Assembly: GCA_964057225.1 (NCBI GenBank)
Contig: OZ059894.1
Span: 15,376,001-15,440,000, forward strand
DNA length: 64,000 nucleotides
Direction: 5' to 3'
Source: Auanema rhodensis
Lineage: Eukaryota > Animalia > Nematoda
Shown here piece by piece: positions 55,283-64,000 of the stretch (positions are counted from its first letter, which is position 1; the number at the start of each line of letters is the position of its first letter). Made by a program: the position numbers and the translations under genes. The notes beneath the pieces were generated by a model, which made no database searches, was not told the origin of the DNA, and was given only the letters and a program-made list of their open reading frames with translations.

Positions 55283-58033
55283 TTCCATCGATATTTTAAT
55301 TTTTCATTTTAATATAATTCCCAGACCAAAGTATATACAAATTTCATTATTTAATTATTTGTTATAATTATAAGTATATATCTATTTTATATGAAATGAC
55401 CATTCCATTCAATTTCCTTGTTATTCCAAAAAAAAAAAATTTTGGCTAACTCAATTCGTGATCAATCTGGTTTTATGCTCCTTTTTTCTCTTTTTGTTCT
55501 GTTCAATCATTAATCCGCTCCATTCATTGTTAGATTATTCGATAAATATGCGAGAATAACTATAAGTTTGAAGCCAATTAGCACGTAATATCATTAAATA
55601 GCCTTTTCAGAGATTTTTATAAATTTTTTCTGGCAGCTTCTTAACTTGATGCTCCTAGCAGCTAGTACGTGAATTGAAAATTCGTAGCTCTTGTCGTCAA
55701 CTCGTCCGCTTATTCATCTTCTTTGCACCTCTTCTTCCTCTTTTTTCTGTCTTGTTCATGTCAATGTCCACATACGCATACGGAGAGAGAGGGAGAGAGA
55801 GAGAGAGAAAGTTAGAGAGAGAGATACATACACACATAGACACAACATACCCATACATCTCCCTTTTCGCCCCAAGCTGTGTCACTCTCCTTAACTCATA
55901 ATTGACTATGTTCAACATTTTTTCTAGAAATATCTTCTATTATTTGAATCAATTTTTTTTATTTTAGGTTGTACATCTTTAGTATTTTAATTATTTTTAT
56001 ATTTAATATTATAATTATAAACGAATATTATATTATAATTATTTTTATTTCCGTGGTTATAACATGTTCTTCTGATTCAGTATGCATGTATGGTTTACGT
56101 GAACTTTCACGTATCTCTGCTTTGATTATCGACATGTATATGAAGCTTACGTGAACTTTCACGTAAATATTGAGTTTATGTTCAACGAAATGTACAAATT
56201 GATAGCATTTCCTACGTACTTATCTCTCTTCGTTCATCTTTATTTCATTTTCAATTTTTTTATCATTTACTTTATATATCTCTCTATCTTATCCTGTATA
56301 TTCAAATTGATTTGTAACATCTAACCATCTTTATTCCTCCATTTAAGTGATCTTTTTGTTATTCATTCCACTTTTTTTCATCAACACATGTATACCAAAA
56401 CATTGGTAGAAGGGTGATGAAAAAGCATTTAGAATGCCACTTTTCAGTTTCGTCTTCTTGAACATGCATTGATAGCCTCAGCTTTAACATTGCGTGTTGT
56501 CTTACTCACTCTTCTATGACCTACACATCATCTTCCACTTCAGCTTGCTTAAGCCGTTTCAGTTCTATCCTTGTTGCTCTTTCTCTTCATCTCATCTTGC
56601 AAGATATAGTTTTAGCCATTGAAAAGCCTTTTTTCTACGCTGCTTTTCTCCGATTTATCTAAGCCTTCTTCATTTGCTACACGCAGCTTTCAATTAAAAA
56701 AATGCTTCTTGAACCGATCATCTTTTTACTTTTTCTTCCACATTTAAGCAAACGTTGTCTATTTTTATCTTTTTTCTTTTGTTTTCTTTATTCAAATTTC
56801 TATTTTGAACTAAATATTTATTTTTGTACACAACTTCAAGTTTCACTAGCATCAGCGATAAAAGAAAGTTCGCAGAAAAAAAGAGAAAGAAAAAAAAGAA
56901 GAAATACTTGTAGGGAAGACAGATGCAACGAGAGTTAGAAAAGAATGAAAGTATTGTTAGCCGATCAATTTACTGCCAGAAGAGTCACAGGCTATTTTGA
57001 AAGCCCACGGGACATGTTGAGACATCTAATGGACAACCAAAACACTTTTATTTCTATTTCTGTTATTCTTCAACTCTCTTAAGATATTATACTAACACCT
57101 CGTATATTCAATTTTCGTGTCAAAACTTGAAATGTTTCCGTTATCTTCACTCTTTTTCTTTTTTCTTTGAATAATTTTATTCATTTTCTATTCATATATC
57201 GTACACTATTTCATCTTTTCAGTGTGTGTTATGTGGCTGTGAATTGGAATTTCGTGCTGCCGATTCGATCCTACGGCAGTACTCTGGACCTCAAACACTA
57301 TAGATTATTCCTATTTCAAATATATTCTATCTATTTACCTGAGAAATACAAATTCTTTATATAATATACTATATTAATTAGAAGAAGAACCATGTCGCTT
57401 CTTCCAATTAATACATTTCCTGGGATGATATTCGTGGAAGCCAGAATGCTGGCCCAATCATCTTCAGTCATTTCACAAGTCGGCTTAAGCATAGATGCTC
57501 CTGAATGCAGCATAGCTTTGTTTTGTAAGTTTTAAGTTTGAACTCCTGTATATATTCATATTTATATAAGTTTTTTTTTCTTATTATCTTAATTATATAA
57601 TAGAAGAATAGTTCTGCTATTCTGCATATACACTTTGAGTGCAGTTAACAAGATGCTTAAAATGTTTCTTTGTCTGATATTTCAATCAACTAAGAACATC
57701 AAAGCACATTCTTCTATAAAAGTTTTGAATTTCATTCTCAGATCAAGTTCACTACTCGTTTTCTGTTTTTTTTTTTGTTGAAATTTTAAGCCAAACAAAG
57801 TATTTGATTTTCAAGTATTAGAGATAATACCGGTCTGTTAATGTAACCAATTCATATATTCAAATATGGCATCATATTCGTAAGAGAAATTGTGAAAAAA
57901 ATTGTTTTATTTCTCTGAGATAATTCATTTTAGTGATATTTCAATTTAATAATATTTTAAATTCATAAACAATTTACATTTCTCAACGATATATATTATT
58001 TCTTATTACATTTTCAACCTTCCCTCCATTTCT

Positions 58034-58042
<9 letters not shown>

Positions 58043-58078
<36 letters not shown>
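58043..58078. repeat. (CT)n microsatellite after a poly-C tract
   Basis: Direct observation. Confidence 0.9.
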
Positions 58079-58079
<1 letters not shown>

Positions 58080-59503
58080 ATTCATTTAGTATATTTGGAG
58101 AGATGTATGATGTTGCTTCTGTATTCTATCACTGACTTAATACTACTTTTATAAGTGAAATGTAGTACATAGGCACTGTAATCTGTACCTATATTCTATA
58201 TTTCTAAATAATAATAATAATACATTATAATATTATTTTGAAAAAAAAAAAAAGAACTTTTTTATTTTCAAAAAATTAATCATACCATGAGATATGAGCA
58301 ACAAGAAGAGATATATGTTTTGATGTATGTTGCAAAAATATTTTTAAAATGTAGGTTATTAATGAATAAGCCGATTTGAAATTCATTTATAAACTTATTT
58401 TCATCAAAGATGTGTGAGTTCTTCTTTGATCATCAACTCCAAAGCACCATATACTTCTTTGTATTGTTTATAAGACAAGAAAGCTAATATTCCCTTCGTC
58501 CCCACACTTAATCTGATATGAGGTTCTTTATCGTTGTAACGGAACATCTTTCGGCCTTTCCTAGATGTGCCAGTATTCGTTTATGCTTCAAAGTTTATTG
58601 GAGAATAAGTTGTAAAGTGGTAAGATGATGTTGATGAAATATTCATTTATCTTTCAATTACTTCTGTGTCATTCAGTGATTGAGTTATTATTCGGAAAGA
58701 ATTTATAAGAAATAGTTAACATAGAGCATCATCATCACATTATTCATAAAGATTTTAGAAAATGCTGAAAACCTGAAATAAGTTTTGAAATAATAAATGA
58801 AAAGCTGAGATAGAATGCATAGTCTTTTCATCCTTTTCAACACAATATAAACAACAGTATGTGCCATTTCCGAAAAATTTGAAATAAAAACTGTGATATT
58901 ATCCATATTATTTACTGTAAAATACGTTTGTTTTAAGACAATTAGACAAATTTTTATTTATATTTCAAAAGAGAATATGCTAATGTTGACAAGAGTCAAG
59001 GAAGCTAAACTAGTTATTTTCATTTTTACAGACAATACATTCGGTTGGTTTCTTATGTACATTTACATACATATACTATATTATATATTTTTATAGATGA
59101 ATGTAAAGTGATAATAAAGTTAAAGAAAACAAAAAAATTAAGAAAACGATTAGATTTTCAAAATTTTTATTTAAAATGAAATGCTAGATATTCCATCTTC
59201 ATTATGATATCCCGTTCGCTTTTTTTGCTTTTGACCATAGTATTAAAACAAAACAAAAAATTGTTTTTTTCTCTTCATATTGTTAAAACAACAGGTTAAG
59301 GATTAGAGGAATTCTGTTTATTAAACTCTAATTATAAGCATATTGAATTACATCTATCTCCAAAAGTTTTGGTGACACTTGACTGATGAAAGTATTCAAG
59401 ATATGATTAGTCAGCTGGCTCACATAAAAGTAAGCTTCCAGTGCATCTATATTGTATTTGAATGGTGTAGGCAAAAAGGTTTTTGTTCTGTTGAAATTTC
59501 GAT

Positions 59504-59505
<2 letters not shown>

Positions 59506-59552
<47 letters not shown>
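59506..59552. repeat. (AG)n microsatellite
   Basis: Direct observation. Confidence 0.95.
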
Positions 59553-59556
<4 letters not shown>

Positions 59557-61306
59557 TTGAAAGAATCAACATGGTTGATAGTTTAGAAGATTGTTTAAAT
59601 ATATCATATAGTATATGTATGTATAAACATTAAGAATTAGTAAAAATTACTTTTAACTATAATTTTAAAATATTTTCATCAACATAACTATGTATATAGT
59701 AATACATACATGTATATAAACCTTCTTGATTATATAAATAGTTTGTTAAAAAACCTTTAACATAGATAGATCATTTGAATTGTCCATCCAATAATTGACG
59801 TCAAATCAAATCAAACATATGTTAGCTCAAGTGATTCAAACAAACTTTTATTATTTATTTAGTTACAGATTTGAGAATTTTATGTTCCAAATAGTTTCGA
59901 AAAGCTCAATAAAATGCTTTAAAATCTTTATAAATAAAAAGAAAAAAGATTATATATTCTTGATATAACCTTAACTAAAGCAAACACATAAGTCATAAAC
60001 TATTGAAATTCCTGTAAAAGTACCTAGCTTCTTATCTTTGTTATCATTATTATCAAAGTTACAACTAACTAACGCTTCCAATTTTTAGTGGTTCAAACCA
60101 AAATAATATGATTTCAAGGTGTTAATTACTTATTTCTCCATCTAATCACTAATTGTTGGAAACTTTATATTTTCAGTGAGCTGAACCATGACATGGCTCA
60201 CATTTGTTCAAAAAAAATTGTCTGAAATGAAAAGTGTTGATGTGAATTGAAATGATAGTTTTCAGAACAAAAAATGAGTGAATCCCATCTCTCAATTGAG
60301 AAAAATAGCTGCTTAACGTCAAATATTGTTGATGATTGTAATACAATGTTTCAAATATTTGTTAAGAACACTTACAATCAAATGATATTCTTAGTGATAT
60401 TTCCTCATTTTATATTCAATTTGGATTGAAAATTACAATAATTTACTGATTGAGTTTTCAGAAAACATGTTCAATATCATTGTAATTTGATTCACAATAT
60501 TGAAAGTTCAGATTTGATCCATGTTTACCCGCATAAATGAATGACCTTCATCACAGATTTGCCACACCAATTCATCCCATTTATAGATTTACGTGTTGAG
60601 AAAGTTTTTTTGGCCACGAACTTCTTGCTAAAACACGCATTTTATGGCAACTTGAACTCATTTTTTTCCTCTCTAGTTCCCGTGTCTTACTTCTCTTATA
60701 TTTTATCGTCTAGCGTCTCTAAGACAGTCATAGTCGTTTGTCTTCTATCTGGCCATCTGTTGCTCCGCCCCCTTCATACTCTCTCTATTTTCTCTTTCTC
60801 TCTCTTTCTCTCCTCTTTTCTATAACGTTGCCCTCTGTTCTTTCTCAACCAGCCCTGCCGCTCATTCACCTTCTCTATTTCTCTTCTCACCAGTCGACTG
60901 CCGAATTCATTGATTCCGTACTGGCTGATCAGCAAAACCGATACTGAAGACGCCAGGCGAGAAACAGAGGAAGACATTATCAATCCAAAAACAAAATTCT
61001 GATTCCTCTTTGCTTTCTCTCCGGACGTTGCACGTTGGGTGGCTGTACTGAAGACATCTGACCTTACTGTCAGTCTTGTTCACATCTAGTTCGTGCGTGT
61101 TGCATCAGCAGACTAGCCGAGCTGGCACATCTCCCAGTACTGTTCGGCGCTCAACGACGCCGTGTCTGGTCCACATCAGCTTGGATTTTTGTCGCCTAAG
61201 ACAATCGTTCCGGCAAATACAACGCTGAAGGCGATATATTCAACGATCCTCCAGCTGATCGTTTGTCCAGCATACGATCGATTGGTTTGAATTTCAAAAA
61301 ATTTAC

Positions 61307-61400
61307 ATGGACGCTGCAGCAATTGACGTGAATGTCTATAATTCTGATGTTATTCTCTCCTTATTTACCCCGTTCGTCAACAATCGTACTGTCATAAAAG
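61307..61400 (+). CDS. Probable first coding exon of a gene continuing downstream (GPCR-like N-terminus)
   Basis: MDAAAIDVNVYNSDVILSLFTPFVNNRTVIK(G) followed by the donor AAG|GTATAA; NRT sequon; preceded by a long GC-richer ATG-free leader. Product is a guess. Confidence 0.45.
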
Positions 61401-62838
61401 GTATAAAAGTTTTTTTTCTTATTTTATTGAATGAAAAAGAAAAAAGAAACTTTAAACTTTATTCTAAATCTTATAAAAGATTCTAACTATTATTACTATA
61501 TTCTGGACTATTTATCTATTCTTTAATATTCAAATTATAACTTAATTTCTATTTTTCTCATAATTCTTATTCAGTTTCCTTATCACTTTTTGTTCTTTTT
61601 TTTCCTGTTCTTTCTTAAACAAATCAGTTTGACGATGTGCTTCTTAACCATTATTTGCATTTACATTTTGCGCGAAAACCGTACTGTGTTGACCGGAAAA
61701 TTTCCGCTTCTTAATCTTCAATGAATGAATATCCACATATCTTTACATTATTCTTCCAGATTTTACTCACATTTCGTTGTATTTCAATGAAAATGTTTAG
61801 ATTTTTCTACAATCTGATAACGAATAGTCATATTTGACATCAAACACTGATTTGCCAGTTCAAAATCATTTTTTTGAATACCTTTGCCGATTAATGAAAT
61901 GACTGTCTTTTCTTATTTTTATAGTTCTTCCTTTCTTAATCTATATTTTTGCTTTTATTTCTTAACCATCTATATATAATATATAATATATTTAAAAAAA
62001 AGCTTTAAAAGTATCAAAAAAGTTTATTAAAGTTCCTAAAGATCAGCTTACTATGTTATAAGTTCGAAAGAAATATGTTAAGGATAGTTCAACTACATTG
62101 ATGTGTCAAATATCATTTCAAACTTGAGGTCATTTAAGAATTCAAAATTTTTCTGAACAGAAAGCTAGTACTCTGATCGAATTTCTTTTCTTTTTTCATG
62201 CTTTTCTTATCGATTTACCGCTCAGCATCTGTTCTGTTCAGAACGTTCTCTACTAAAAGCCGCCAAAGCTTTTAACTTTCTAAATTTTTTTTAAAATGTA
62301 AAGTTAGACAGTAAACAATGGTTTTGGAAATATTTTCATATAGTTATCGTCTATTTGTTCCAAATATGAATTGACCTTTTTCTTATAATTGTACTGACAA
62401 GGGAGTTCTCCATTCTCACTATGAGAGTGGAGAAACACTTCAATATATTCTAAAACTAGTTTAAAATCTTTTATTATGTTTCTATTAATTATATGTATAT
62501 AAATATAATAAAGATATTATCGTTTCAACATATTCAAAATTCTATTTTTCCACATTTTTTTGAAAATATTTATTGATTTCATATATTCTATTTGATCATA
62601 CTTTTTGAATCTCCAAGACATTTCCAATGACAATTGTTGCCTCTTAACCTCTTTTGCCGTTAAATGTTGCTAAAAATGCTTTTATGGCATCGATATTGAA
62701 AGCAAAGCTATGAATGTCATGCTGGTGATTGGTTATTGTCCTTGTGCTGCTATTCCTCTTATTAAACTTTGTTTCTTTAATTTCACTCATATGCATCCAT
62801 TATTCATCCTCTTCCTTTCATCTATGTACTTCTCACTA

Positions 62839-62845
<7 letters not shown>

Positions 62846-62893
<48 letters not shown>
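62846..62893. repeat. (CT)n microsatellite
   Basis: Direct observation. Confidence 0.95.
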
Positions 62894-62898
<5 letters not shown>

Positions 62899-64000
62899 TC
62901 TTTTTGTTTATATTCTATATAGTCTGATCCTCTATAGTATTATCCTTTGAACTGTGAAACTGTAAACTAGATATGAAAATCTCATTTCACATAAAATTCA
63001 AAATAAATCCAATTAGTACAGAATTTTAACGCATAGTATATAGTATACTATGCCATTTCTTTTCTTCAGATATTCTTCTCAAATATCATTCTGTTTTTGA
63101 ATATTATCAGGTTTCATCTGATTTATTTCGTATTTTTACTAATGTTTCTTTATACTTATATAAACTCTTTCTCATGATTTTTCACTTAAGAAACAGAATT
63201 GTTATTTCTACGAAATGGTCTCAGTATCATCTTTCTATAATAATGGGTATTATTATTAAAATTAATATTTCTCATTTTTGTAAGTTTATTCTAGAACTTT
63301 TCTCTAAAAATTATACCAAAATATGAATGTATAAAAGAGAAAAAAAAACCATTTTTATCATGATTAATAAGAAGAATATCCTGTAAAACTGGTCATTGGT
63401 TGCTAAAATCTTCGGTTTCTTTGAAATAAAAAGTGAACATAAATTGATAATGTTTATTGTTAAATGAAATACCTGAATTAGCTCATAAAATCATTTTTAT
63501 ACCGTGCTATTCATCAATTTTAAGATCATCTAATCAATTTTTTAAACGATGATAATGATCAAACAATCAACTTCACCTATTCATCTATCTTAACTATACA
63601 TATATAAATACAGTTTTATTTAACTAAATCATTAAATCAACTCGTAATATTCTTCTGAAATAATGAATGTTAGGCAATAATCAAAAGAAAAGATTTGATA
63701 TGGCATGTGATTTTCTCATATTTGGGCACCTTATTAAGTTATTTACTCTCATTTCCTTTCTCACATCTTTTTTGTCTGCGATAATGGCTTAATTCAACTC
63801 TATATTGATACATTTATTATAATATTATAATTAGTTAGTTATACTATATAGGAGAATTTCATATTTTCCTCTATTTCCATGGTAGAAAATCATGTCAAAG
63901 TATATTCTCCTTATTACCTCATCCTGTTCAACCAATTACGTACACATGGACTGAGCACATAGGTTAATGAACTAGCTTATCTATTTGTTCTGCTTTTTGA

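Noticed and set aside
62405-62460. Short hairpin TTCTCCATTCTCA..TGAGAGTGGAGAA followed by CTAGT, as a Helitron end or miRNA
   Set aside because: Stem too short for a pre-miRNA, spacing atypical, and no second copy or 5' end seen.

Overview
AT-rich eukaryotic DNA with many ~45-55 nt introns, TTTCAG-type acceptors and (AG)n microsatellites; gene content points to a rhabditid (clade V) nematode. Left to right: an H11/aminopeptidase-N-like M1 peptidase (+) with a tRNA-Pro in one intron; a dhs-17-like short-chain dehydrogenase (-) whose catalytic Tyr is replaced by Phe; ATP synthase subunit d (atp-5); DGAT1 (mboa-2); then a nested triplication from ~20.7 to 39 kb. Each unit holds a small XRCC4/PAXX-like gene (probable nhj-1/scb-1), a BTB adaptor gene (-), a head-to-head inverted pseudogene of that BTB gene's 5' end, and part or all of a patched-related gene (-). 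The BTB copies are the main signal. Their N-terminal exons differ at about half of the amino acids while introns and neighbouring genes are almost identical. Each gene shares diagnostic SNPs with its own inverted arm, and copy B is an A/C chimera. Copy A also carries a non-autonomous Merlin-like transposon (8-bp TSD, empty site in copies B and C). A 239-bp orphan segment at the B/C junction may act as a promoter. Further right are dmd-3, an intron-containing tRNA-Tyr, a weakly supported unknown gene (-), and the first exon of a probable GPCR-like gene behind a long ATG-free leader. All gene models were spliced and translated by hand; no database searches were run.
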